From assembly GCA_964632255.1 (NCBI GenBank), contig CAZWCA010000014.1, positions 1,148 through 65,147 on the forward strand: a DNA stretch of 64,000 nucleotides, given 5' to 3'. Each line of letters opens with the position of its first letter. Positions within the stretch are counted from its first letter, which is position 1. A model generated the notes under the pieces. The model was not told the origin of the DNA and made no database searches. It worked only from the letters and a program-made list of their open reading frames with translations. Below are positions 36,011 to 45,326 of this stretch, one piece after another. The translations under genes and the position numbers were made by a program. This DNA is from an uncultured Smithella sp. Its GTDB lineage: Bacteria > Desulfobacterota > Syntrophia > Syntrophales > Smithellaceae.

Positions 36011-36178
36011 ATGAGTAAACATCGAATAAGCGAAAAAGAAAATCAAGTGGTCAACGATACGCCTATGGCAGCCTTATATGAAAAATTTGATAGCCAAATC
36101 GATAAAGAGGAGGCTCAAACTGTATTTCGAAATCTCATAACCAAAAAACGCGCTTCAGGCAAGGAGGCATATTGTTGA
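36011..36178 (+). CDS. hypothetical small protein
   Basis: 55 codons from ATG 36011. Its TGATG stop/start overlap with the next gene is the only support. Confidence 0.3.
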   Translation: MSKHRISEKENQVVNDTPMAALYEKFDSQIDKEEAQTVFRNLITKKRASGKEAYC

Positions 36179-37209
36179 TGAAAATCATGGACGAGAACAA
36201 ATTCACATTGACTAAAAGTGAAAACGAACTCTTGTCAAAGCTTCTCAATGGTCGCCTTAGTCTGGCACAAGGGTTACAGCTCTATACCCAGTTAACTGAA
36301 CGTGGCATCCCATTTTGCATGGAATGGGAGGAAAAGGTTCTTGAACTTGCCCTCACCAAGGAACCGGATAGAGCTGACCTTGTAAGCCGCTATCGGCAGG
36401 TTTTATTGACGTTAGGCCGCCCGATTCCCGCAAGCATTGAGCATCGTTTTGCTAATATCACTAGAGATGAGGAATATGGCACTGATCATCAGCATTCTGC
36501 TGCACAATATGATGTTAAAACCGGCATGAAAGACACTGAATCCGAATTTCAAATTCTTAGCAACCGTATACGTACTTATACAATGACCTCCTTCGAGCGC
36601 ATGTATGCGCTATACAAAGCAGTCGAATATATTGAACAGGCCAAAATTCCCGGTGATATTGTTGAATGCGGTGTCTGGCGGGGAGGCAGCATGATGCTGG
36701 CAGCACTCACACTGCTTGCACTCGGGAGTTCGGATCGCGATCTCTACCTGTTTGATACTTATGAAGGGCTTCCAAAGCCGGATGAACTAAAGGACATTGA
36801 TGTCTGGGGAAATCGTGCTATTGATGGCTGGTTACCCAGGCGAACTAGTGAAGAAGGAAGTCACTGGGCTGAGGCCAGCCTGGAAGACGTGCAAACTAAC
36901 CTGCAATCCACTGGCTACCCCTCCAATCGGATACATTTTGTGAAAGGGATGGTCGAGCGCACAATACCCCATTCTGCTCCTCCAACAATAGCGTTACTAC
37001 GTCTTGACACTGATTGGTATACGTCCACTAAACACGAATTGGAACATCTTTTCCCGCACTTGTCCCCTAATGGCATCCTGATTATCGATGATTACGGTCA
37101 TTTTATGGGAGCCCGCCGCGCCGTGGATGGATATTTGGCCGAGCAGAGGTTGCCGGTGTTGCTCAATCGCATTGATTATTCAGGGCGTCTGATTGTGAAA
37201 ACCTGCTAA
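36178..37209 (+). CDS. TylF/MycF-family O-methyltransferase with an N-terminal helical module
   Basis: ECGVWRGGSMM and LRLDTDWYTSTKHELEHLFPHLSPNGILIIDDYG. AGGAGG lies 10 nt upstream of the ATG at 36178. Confidence 0.8.
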   Translation: MKIMDENKFTLTKSENELLSKLLNGRLSLAQGLQLYTQLTERGIPFCMEWEEKVLELALTKEPDRADLVSRYRQVLLTLGRPIPASIEHRFANITRDEEYGTDHQHSAAQYDVKTGMKDTESEFQILSNRIRTYTMTSFERMYALYKAVEYIEQAKIPGDIVECGVWRGGSMMLAALTLLALGSSDRDLYLFDTYEGLPKPDELKDIDVWGNRAIDGWLPRRTSEEGSHWAEASLEDVQTNLQSTGYPSNRIHFVKGMVERTIPHSAPPTIALLRLDTDWYTSTKHELEHLFPHLSPNGILIIDDYGHFMGARRAVDGYLAEQRLPVLLNRIDYSGRLIVKTC

Positions 37210-37373
37210 GCTTAAATTTCTTTCTAATGTATATCGGCTTTCATCGCTAACCCCCAAAATTTCAGTATCTAAGCGGCCGATATATCTTGGCGACGGCGGA
37301 AATGGAGAGCCGGTCGTTGGTCATGATGGTGCCTGGACCAGTTGTAGATGGTGGGGAAAGGATCATATGCCTT

Positions 37374-37396
37374 AGGAGGATTCCCCTCCTTTTATT
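37374..37396 (+). terminator. intrinsic terminator between the methyltransferase block and wzm
   Basis: AGGAGG attcc CCTCCT followed by TTTTATT. Confidence 0.5.
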
Positions 37397-37505
37397 CTCT
37401 GCACATTTGTTATCAATTTAGGCAAATTTCACTGAACATAACATCCGCTGTTCCGGGCAATATCATATTCAAACCGGCAAGAAAAGTTCTCGGGAGTTTT
37501 TTGAA

Positions 37506-38369
37506 ATGAACATACTCACTATTGATAAACATACAAGAAATCAAAGATATTCGGCATGTTCCGTATCGCCTACACCTGGTGGGGCATTCGCAGTTGCTTT
37601 TGGCGATATAAAAGCTGCAATGCAAATGGCATCTATGTGGATTCATACCGGTTGGATTGAGGTGGTCTGGCGACATCGCAGAACACGGCTTGGCCCTTTC
37701 TGGCATACGCTGAGTCTGGCTTTGTTTGTAATTGTTATGGGGGTTATCTGGGGCAAAGTTCTTAACCAAAATCCTGCTGAGCATTTTCGTTATGTCGGTG
37801 TAAATCTGATCATATGGTCTCTAGTCGTCTCACAGATCACAGATGCTGCGGGTATTATTATTTCCGGAGAATCTTCTGCAATGTCTATGCGGTTTCCTTA
37901 TATTGCTTTTGCGTTTAAACATGTATGGAGTTCCCTGCTTCTTTTTGCCCATCACATGATCCTCTATGTCGCAATCATGGTTGTATCGCTTAAATTTCCT
38001 GGTTGGCCCCTCTTGATGCTGGTGCCGGCGTTGCTGCTGATTCTGGCAAATGGCGTTTGGATGAGCCTTCTTGTCGGCATCATATGTCTAAGCAAACGCG
38101 ATTTTGTTCTCGTTATCGCCAGTGCAATGCAGATCATGATGTTTGTAACTCCTATTTTTTGGCCTAAAAATCTTCTGGGACCGGAACTTGCCTACATTGT
38201 CGATTTTAATCCTCTCTATCATTTGGTAACTATTGCACGCTTCCCTATGCTTGGAGGACTGCCGCCGCTGAGCAGCTGGTTGTGGGCTCTCGGTACTCTG
38301 GCAGTTGGTCTTTGCCTCACATTATGGATATACGGCCGATGCAGAGATCAGATGGCTTATTGGTTCTAG
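37506..38369 (+). CDS. wzm: ABC-2 type polysaccharide export permease
   Basis: About six TM segments. N-terminal pattern W..R.RRTRLGPFW typical of Wzm/KpsM/TagG. It lies next to the ATPase gene. Confidence 0.75.
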   Translation: MNILTIDKHTRNQRYSACSVSPTPGGAFAVAFGDIKAAMQMASMWIHTGWIEVVWRHRRTRLGPFWHTLSLALFVIVMGVIWGKVLNQNPAEHFRYVGVNLIIWSLVVSQITDAAGIIISGESSAMSMRFPYIAFAFKHVWSSLLLFAHHMILYVAIMVVSLKFPGWPLLMLVPALLLILANGVWMSLLVGIICLSKRDFVLVIASAMQIMMFVTPIFWPKNLLGPELAYIVDFNPLYHLVTIARFPMLGGLPPLSSWLWALGTLAVGLCLTLWIYGRCRDQMAYWF

Positions 38370-38379
38370 AAAGAAATAC

Positions 38380-39465
38380 GTGAGATCGATAAAAGTAGAA
38401 AATGCTTGGGTCGAGTTTCCCGTGCGGTCTGTCCGGGGTAACAGATTGCAACATGGTCAAACTGGAGGCACTATTGATCCTGAACGCGGTGTAGTAATGG
38501 CGCTCCAGAATATATGTTACAAACTCAAGGATGGTGAACGACTTGGTCTGATCGGCCACAACGGTGCCGGAAAGACGACAATGTTGCGGCTTCTTGCAGG
38601 TGTCTATGCGCCGACACGCGGTCGAGTCTTCAGCGTTGGACGAATTTCCACCCTTTTCAACACAACCCCCGGTTTAAATGTTAACGGGACAGGACGAGAA
38701 AATATTGTAACCTGCGGTTTGCATCTTGGGATGACTCGTCGTGAAATTGCAAGTAAAATGGATGAAATAATCGAGTTCTCCGAACTTGGCCAATATATCG
38801 ATTTGCCGGTGCGCATTTATTCATCAGGCATGCTGACCCGCTTGGGCTTTTCCATTGCTACAGCGGTAGAACCGGAAATACTGCTTTTGGACGAAGGTCT
38901 TGCCACCGGCGATGCGCAATTCGCACAAAAAGCTCAATTAAAGATGAAAGAATTAATGGGAAAATCATCGATTCTTGTCATTGCCTCTCATTCAGAAACG
39001 CTTGTGTCCAATATCTGCACACGCTGCCTTTTGCTGGAACAGGGGCGGATTCTTAGTGATGGTCCTGCAGCTGCTCTCGTGGAAGAATATCATGATTTGG
39101 TGATTCATGCCGCGCGGAATAATGATCTTGACGGTCTTCATCGCTCTTATCTTCTGGCGACCGAAATGGTTAAACGCGGAAAGATTCCGCCACTGGCTCT
39201 TGAAGAACAAGGTCTGCGCTATGCATTGCGGCTATCGCCAAATGATCTCAGCATGTGGCGCCGTTATGCGCAAGTTAGAATTATGCAAGGGGCATCAGTC
39301 CCGCCCGAAGCTGAAATTCGATTATTCCTGGGTAATTATGAAGCTAATCCATCCGGCGCGGATTTGAGCAGGCTCAGTGATATTCTTAACAATTGTTCAA
39401 AAGAGGATATTTCGCGTGATATTCTGGCACGAACAGAAGAGCTCCTGATGAGGCAAGAAAATTAA
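38380..39465 (+). CDS. wzt: polysaccharide ABC exporter ATP-binding protein with a ~110-aa C-terminal extension
   Basis: Walker A GHNGAGKTT, signature YSSGM and Walker B ILLLDEG. The start is uncertain (GTG 38380, or ATG 38305 overlapping wzm). Confidence 0.8.
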   Translation: MRSIKVENAWVEFPVRSVRGNRLQHGQTGGTIDPERGVVMALQNICYKLKDGERLGLIGHNGAGKTTMLRLLAGVYAPTRGRVFSVGRISTLFNTTPGLNVNGTGRENIVTCGLHLGMTRREIASKMDEIIEFSELGQYIDLPVRIYSSGMLTRLGFSIATAVEPEILLLDEGLATGDAQFAQKAQLKMKELMGKSSILVIASHSETLVSNICTRCLLLEQGRILSDGPAAALVEEYHDLVIHAARNNDLDGLHRSYLLATEMVKRGKIPPLALEEQGLRYALRLSPNDLSMWRRYAQVRIMQGASVPPEAEIRLFLGNYEANPSGADLSRLSDILNNCSKEDISRDILARTEELLMRQEN

Positions 39466-39525
39466 TGAGCTACAGCCAGTGGAAAAAGATTACTTTTCAT
39501 TCATGCAATCTTTCAAAAGAAATTT

Positions 39526-41400
39526 ATGAATCAAATTTCACTTGAATCTACTTGCCCGAAGGTAAAGTTTCTAACAGTCGTTTGGGGCAAAACTTATATA
39601 AAACGTTTTTGTACACTTTCTTTGCCTTCATTTCTTGCACCGGGTAATCTTCCGGCGCTGGCAACGTCCACTCAGCTTGAAGTAGTGATCATGACAAGCG
39701 CTGCTGATATAGATTATTTTGAAAACAATGTCAGTTTTCAAAAACTCAAAACAATTTGCCCAGTCCGTTTTGTCCCGATTGATGACCTCATCACAAACTC
39801 TGTTTATGGAGTTATTCTAACTTTGGCTTACGCACGCCCGATCATCGAGTGCGGAGATTCCATGCTTGAAACACACTTTGTCTTTATGAATGCCGATTTC
39901 GTTCTGGCTAATGGATCGCTTAAATCTTTGGTAAAGCATATTTATAAGGGACGCTCGATTGTTCTGGGGCCAAGCTATAGAGCGATTACCGAAGAGCTCG
40001 AACCGCAGCTTGAAAGTATGGTAAATACCCATGATGGAATCCTCGACGTTCCACCGAGAAAACTTGTAGGTATGGCGCTCAAACATCCGCATCGCACAAC
40101 GGTCGCTAAATGTTTAAATCAATGCGCATTTTCGTCTTCGCATCCAAATCAATTATTCTGGCAGGTTGATGAAAATACAGTCCTAGGCCGCTATTTTCTA
40201 ATTTTCATGCTGTGCCTCAAACCGGAGCGAGTGATGGTTTCGGTCAACGGCTATTGTGATTATTCATTTATCCCCGATCTTTGCCCTTCGGGAGATGAGA
40301 TTGCCATGACTGATTCAGATGAATTCTTCATGCTGGAGCTCCAAAGTCGCTTGCAGGAAACGTCTATGCTCAAACAGATGGAAATGATGCCCAAAAAGAT
40401 TGCCAAAAGCATGCAGGAATGGTCCACAATAGCTCAACAGCGCGCTGCCAGTTACGACATCGTTTTTCATGCGAAAGATATCCCTCCCCAATTGGCGGAT
40501 GCCAAAGCATTTGCAAGGGAAATTGTGAATGATATTCGTGGACAAATGAATAAACCGAAGTCCCATCAGAATCATCACTACTGGATCATGGGTGTCGAGA
40601 CATGGAGAGAACACCGTTTAAAGCAGGGATTGTCCTGCAGCGTGCCGGAACTTGCACATTACCGTCCCGGATTCAGAACACGTTTTTTTATGCAGAAAAA
40701 TTACTTGATCAAGCGTATTAAACATTTCTATGCTCATTCAATAATCTCACCTTATCAGCCAATTATAAAAGAGAATCTTGACTCTCTAAAAATCATTAAG
40801 AAATATGAGCAGGAAAAATCGTGTCTGATATTATACGATCCAGACTGTGAACAATGGCTGGAAAATATAACGGACATGCACTGTAACATGATCTGCATAT
40901 CAAAAATACTGGATCCGCCAGATCGCCTCTTATCAAACCAATACGATAATATCGTTTGTATCATAGCTACTTTTGATAAATCTACGCTGATAAATAACCT
41001 GGTTTCAACATTAAGCCTTTTGAATCCAAACGGATCCCTGTTTATTGCATCCATCCGTCCGCAGCAGGATTATGTTGTTCATTCATCTTTGATTCAAATT
41101 GCTGAACTGTTTGCAAACCAAATTAAAGCTTTCAATGTTCATTCACAAGTTAACATGTTGTTGTACTTTAGTCATCGCACGCTGCAGATCGCATCGCGTC
41201 TGATACGCAGCAGATACCGTCCAATAATAGGGATCATGTCTATACCCATGCTTTTTCTCTCGGCGGCAGCTGCATTTTACGGAAACATTTTTTCATCTTC
41301 TATTGCGAAACCAAAGTTCGTTAAATTTAATATTGGAATTACAATTGAGTTAGAATTATTCGGCATCTTTGATTCGAACAAAAAAATAGCAAATAATTAA
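39526..41400 (+). CDS. hypothetical 624-aa tail-anchored protein (candidate novel transferase)
   Basis: No family recognised. The N-terminal half alternates beta and alpha segments (KFLTVVWGKTY..., FVFMNADFVLANGSL). The central part has a Rossmann-like segment. A single TM helix lies near the C-terminus. Confidence 0.45.
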   Translation: MNQISLESTCPKVKFLTVVWGKTYIKRFCTLSLPSFLAPGNLPALATSTQLEVVIMTSAADIDYFENNVSFQKLKTICPVRFVPIDDLITNSVYGVILTLAYARPIIECGDSMLETHFVFMNADFVLANGSLKSLVKHIYKGRSIVLGPSYRAITEELEPQLESMVNTHDGILDVPPRKLVGMALKHPHRTTVAKCLNQCAFSSSHPNQLFWQVDENTVLGRYFLIFMLCLKPERVMVSVNGYCDYSFIPDLCPSGDEIAMTDSDEFFMLELQSRLQETSMLKQMEMMPKKIAKSMQEWSTIAQQRAASYDIVFHAKDIPPQLADAKAFAREIVNDIRGQMNKPKSHQNHHYWIMGVETWREHRLKQGLSCSVPELAHYRPGFRTRFFMQKNYLIKRIKHFYAHSIISPYQPIIKENLDSLKIIKKYEQEKSCLILYDPDCEQWLENITDMHCNMICISKILDPPDRLLSNQYDNIVCIIATFDKSTLINNLVSTLSLLNPNGSLFIASIRPQQDYVVHSSLIQIAELFANQIKAFNVHSQVNMLLYFSHRTLQIASRLIRSRYRPIIGIMSIPMLFLSAAAAFYGNIFSSSIAKPKFVKFNIGITIELELFGIFDSNKKIANN

Positions 41401-41412
41401 GGAGCTGCTGTA

Positions 41413-42252
41413 ATGGGCGCTGGCATAAAAACCATTCAACGGATCATGGAAATGACAGAGACAGGTTGTCTTCCTTACGGAAGTAATATCTGTGACATAG
41501 GTACTACGCAGTTGTTCGGGGCTGGTATCAATGACGCCGCGTGCTCAATGGCAGATTATTATGCTCGTCGCGCACCGAAAGGCCCGTTCCAAGCCAGGAT
41601 TACTGACGCTCAACTATCGTCCATCACTGACGGCAGTTTCTTTGGAGAATTATTGATGTTGGCAGGCTTTCGTTACACCGCATTGGATATATTTAAAGCA
41701 CCGAACACAATCCTATTTGATTTGAACAGGCATGCTCCCGGACCGAAGCTGGAAAACCATTTCGATTTGGTTATGAACTTTGGCACGACCGAGCACGTAT
41801 TCAATCAGGTTAATGCGTTCCGCACTATCCATCAGCTCGCCAAAGTGAACGGCATTATGTATCACGATTTACCTATGGCAGGTTATCTGAACCATGCTTT
41901 TTTTCGGTATGACCCGCTTTTTTTTAATATGTTAGCGCCTGAGAACAAGTATAAATTAAACAACCTAATGTTTAGCATTGGTCAGAGCCAGATAGTCCCG
42001 GATGAATTACGCTCACATGGTTTGTCAATCGAGACTATCCACGATGTTGGAATCGAGGTAATCTTTACTAAGACCCAAGATACCCCGTTTCGTCTTCCCC
42101 TGGAACAATCAACCAGCTTGGCAGTGGAACCAATGCCGGCCAATGTTATTGATAATATAAATGTCATCAATGCCGATCAAAAAAAGATTTATTCCCGGCG
42201 AAAACATCTATGGCGTATAGCTAAGTGGACCGGTTTTCTCAAATCAATTTGA
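41413..42252 (+). CDS. atypical methyltransferase-fold protein (paralogue of 34051-35193)
   Basis: ICDIGTTQL...FDLVMNFGTTEHVFNQVNAFRTIH aligns along its length with the N-domain of the 34051 ORF. Confidence 0.6.
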   Translation: MGAGIKTIQRIMEMTETGCLPYGSNICDIGTTQLFGAGINDAACSMADYYARRAPKGPFQARITDAQLSSITDGSFFGELLMLAGFRYTALDIFKAPNTILFDLNRHAPGPKLENHFDLVMNFGTTEHVFNQVNAFRTIHQLAKVNGIMYHDLPMAGYLNHAFFRYDPLFFNMLAPENKYKLNNLMFSIGQSQIVPDELRSHGLSIETIHDVGIEVIFTKTQDTPFRLPLEQSTSLAVEPMPANVIDNINVINADQKKIYSRRKHLWRIAKWTGFLKSI

Positions 42253-42274
42253 GAGATCAACTAATCGATGTGTA

Positions 42275-43549
42275 TTATAATAGCTCAGGATGTTTGCAAA
42301 GGAACAGTGATGCAATACGAGCGCGCGAGCCAAAGGAATAGTGATTCTCTTTTAATTGGGAGAGGAAGCAATTGAAGCGTTCTTTATCAGCATTTGATTC
42401 AACAAAGCTATTGTCCAAACGGTCAATCATTTCAACTGCCAGGTTACGGATATCTTCAGCGGAGTTTTCTTCGACTCTGATTTTTGCTTTCCTGTATAGC
42501 GCCGCGTAACGGTATTTGGCGAGAGATGATGAAATTACTTCGTCAAACCGGAGATAGCGATTGAGATGCTCGGACCAAAGCAGCTTCGGAATGCTGATAT
42601 CACGGATGCCATACCATAGGTCGGACATAGGAATCATATTGGCAATGGCACAAGGGATACCAAAGACAGATCCGACAAGCGCAATGCCGGATGTATTGCC
42701 GAGGATGAATTTTGCTTTTGCGCAAAGTATTATGTCCAATTGTTCTGATTTCATAGGATGGTGAGCGTAGTCAATAATTTTTGGCAATGGCGGCAATGGG
42801 GTCATGCTAGCATCGCCGATTCTGATAACCCACCCTCCACGAGCTATGATTTCCTGTATTGCAGGCATTATGTTTTCGATGCTTGCATTGCGATGAGATT
42901 GCAGCTCCTCATCAACAGGAGAAAAACCAGGTTCTCTTACATGAACGCAGACAAACCATGCACCTTCGGGCAATCCTAATTGGCGCAATGCATGTGCGCT
43001 CCATTTCTCATCCTCCTTTGTAAGGGAGAGCAGTGGCGGCCGGCCATCCCATAGTGCATTAATTTTATAGGCAGCCTGAGCCTTATTGACGGCAAGTACG
43101 TAACGAGAAATATCATAGCGCATGAAACCGAAGAGACTCATGCTCGACAAAACATAACAGGCCAAGCCGTTTTCGTAGATACGAATGAATGGTTTCCAGT
43201 AATTCAATAAATGATGATTGGCTACACGCCCTGGAGGGGCAAGAATAAACCAGCGGCATTGGGGAATAAGACCGAGCCTCTGCTCTTTGAGAAGACAATC
43301 AGGCTCAATGGCCAGATGACCAATTCGATCTGTAAATACTGTAACACGCCGGTAACCTGCCAAATGAAGAACGATTGTCAAGGGCAAGAGAAGCAGCCAT
43401 AAAAAAATGCTGATTATGTGTTTAGCCGCTTTGAAAAGCAGTATATCAAGCCTTTGCCGGTAAATGCGGCGCCATTCATAAGCGATTCCATGCCAAAAGT
43501 GAGGCCAGTTCAACAAGCGTTCGTCCTTTCCACCGATTAAATCTTTCAA
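42275..43549 (-). CDS. putative GT-B-type glycosyltransferase with an N-terminal TM segment
   Basis: It is the only minus-strand gene in the locus. The C-terminal half (ARGGWVIRIGD...LDIILCAKAKFILGNTSGIALVGSVFGIPCAIANM) resembles the donor-binding half of GT9/heptosyltransferase-like enzymes. The family assignment is tentative. Confidence 0.35.
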   Translation of the reverse strand: MKDLIGGKDERLLNWPHFWHGIAYEWRRIYRQRLDILLFKAAKHIISIFLWLLLLPLTIVLHLAGYRRVTVFTDRIGHLAIEPDCLLKEQRLGLIPQCRWFILAPPGRVANHHLLNYWKPFIRIYENGLACYVLSSMSLFGFMRYDISRYVLAVNKAQAAYKINALWDGRPPLLSLTKEDEKWSAHALRQLGLPEGAWFVCVHVREPGFSPVDEELQSHRNASIENIMPAIQEIIARGGWVIRIGDASMTPLPPLPKIIDYAHHPMKSEQLDIILCAKAKFILGNTSGIALVGSVFGIPCAIANMIPMSDLWYGIRDISIPKLLWSEHLNRYLRFDEVISSSLAKYRYAALYRKAKIRVEENSAEDIRNLAVEMIDRLDNSFVESNADKERFNCFLSQLKENHYSFGSRARIASLFLCKHPELL

Positions 43550-43799
43550 TGATAATTATAATGAATTCTGAAACTTTAGAATGATCTTCATGTTCCGCTC
43601 ACATCAATTGATATCATACTCTTAAATCTATGCAAGGAAGAAGATATTCCAACTGATAATTTCCCTTAAATCAGTGGCGCACAACACCGTGAAATGATCA
43701 AAAGCAAACTAAGGTTAAATTCACGAATGCTCATATTTGATTTAATACAACCGCCATTTCTCCTGAATCTCAAAAACTACTTTTTTATGGAGGCATTTT

Positions 43800-45326
43800 A
43801 TGTCGGAAAGTGAAGGAGTGAAGAATCTGGCACTCAATGAAAGTCCTTTTGAATATACAGCTCGTATTGTAAGTGAAATTAAGGCATGCGCCGGAAATGA
43901 CAAAAGGATAGTCTTTGTTTCCGGAAATTTTAATATTTTGCATCCAGGCCATCTTCGCCTTCTAAATTTTGCCGCTGAATGCGGTGATTTTCTAGTCGTT
44001 GGAGTTAATAAAGATAATACCAGTGGCACTATAGTTCCCGAATATCTTCGGCATGAAAGTGTTAAAGCTATTTCAGTAGTTAATTTTTCTTTTATAATGA
44101 AGACGGACCCGGAATATTTTATTTTAACCTTGCGTCCTCATGTTGTAGTCAAAGGCAAAGAACATGAAAATAAATATAATCCGGAAAAAGCGATAATTAA
44201 AAGCTATGGCGGCAAGCTTTTATTTAGTTCGGGAGAAGTGCGCTTTTCCTCATTAGATCTTATGCAACGGGAATTGCATGAGATAAGTCTTTCTTTTATA
44301 CGTAAACCAATTGATTACTTGGAACGGCATGAAATTAATTTTTCAAAACTTGCTTCATATGTGAAAAAATTTTCTGATCTTAAGGTCATCGTAATTGGAG
44401 ACATCATTGTTGATGAATACGTTAATTGCGATCCTCTCGGCATGTCTCGGGAAGATCCAACGCTCGTTGTCACTCCGCTTAACTGCAATCGTTATATTGG
44501 TGGAGCCGGAATTGTTTCTGCACATTCCCGCGGATTAGGGGCTAAAGTTTTATATTTTGGCGTGACCGGCGGCGATGAAACAGCGGAATTCGCCAAAAAC
44601 ACTTTAGAATCCTACGGCGTAATGACTCACCTATTTATCGACGAAAGCCGCCCAACTACATTAAAGCAACGTTATCGAGCCGGTTCTAAAACATTGCTCC
44701 GGGTAAGTCATTTGCGCCAGCATGATATCAGTCATGAATTGGAAAAACTTATATTTGAACGGTTAGCTGCGGAAATTGAGGATACTGATTTGCTCATCTT
44801 TTCCGATTTCAATTATGGCTGTTTACCGCAATCCCTGGTTAATTCCATTATTGATTGCTGTAATCAGCATAATGTCATGATGGCAGCGGACAGCCAGGCA
44901 TCTTCACAGTCCTCGGATATAACACGCTTTAAAGGAATGCATTTGATTACTCCTACCGAGTATGAAGGACGATTGTCTATTCATGATATGACATCGGGCC
45001 TCGTTGTTCTGGCGACCAATCTTCTATTGAATTCAAATGCAAAGCATATTTTCATAACTCTCGGCTCAGAAGGTGTTTTAATACATGCACCTTCTTCTAT
45101 GCAAAATCAATTAATAACCGATCAATTGCCCTCCTTCAATACTGCACCCAAGGATGTTTCAGGAGCTGGAGATTCAATGCTCACATGCGCCGCTATGGCT
45201 ATGGCGGTTGGCGCAAGCATTTGGGAAAGCGGCTATCTCGGCTCCATTGCCGCTGCCTGCCAGGTAGGAAGGATAGGAAATTTGCCACTTTCGGCAATGG
45301 ATATAATCAGGGAATTGCGACTTTGA
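43800..45326 (+). CDS. bifunctional nucleotidyltransferase (HxGH) plus PfkB sugar kinase; HldE/RfaE-like with the domain order reversed
   Basis: The N-domain has VSGNFNILHPGHLRLL...VVKGKEH. The C-domain has VIVIGDIIVDEY...GGAGIV...DVSGAGDSML (PfkB signature). Confidence 0.75.
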   Translation: MSESEGVKNLALNESPFEYTARIVSEIKACAGNDKRIVFVSGNFNILHPGHLRLLNFAAECGDFLVVGVNKDNTSGTIVPEYLRHESVKAISVVNFSFIMKTDPEYFILTLRPHVVVKGKEHENKYNPEKAIIKSYGGKLLFSSGEVRFSSLDLMQRELHEISLSFIRKPIDYLERHEINFSKLASYVKKFSDLKVIVIGDIIVDEYVNCDPLGMSREDPTLVVTPLNCNRYIGGAGIVSAHSRGLGAKVLYFGVTGGDETAEFAKNTLESYGVMTHLFIDESRPTTLKQRYRAGSKTLLRVSHLRQHDISHELEKLIFERLAAEIEDTDLLIFSDFNYGCLPQSLVNSIIDCCNQHNVMMAADSQASSQSSDITRFKGMHLITPTEYEGRLSIHDMTSGLVVLATNLLLNSNAKHIFITLGSEGVLIHAPSSMQNQLITDQLPSFNTAPKDVSGAGDSMLTCAAMAMAVGASIWESGYLGSIAAACQVGRIGNLPLSAMDIIRELRL

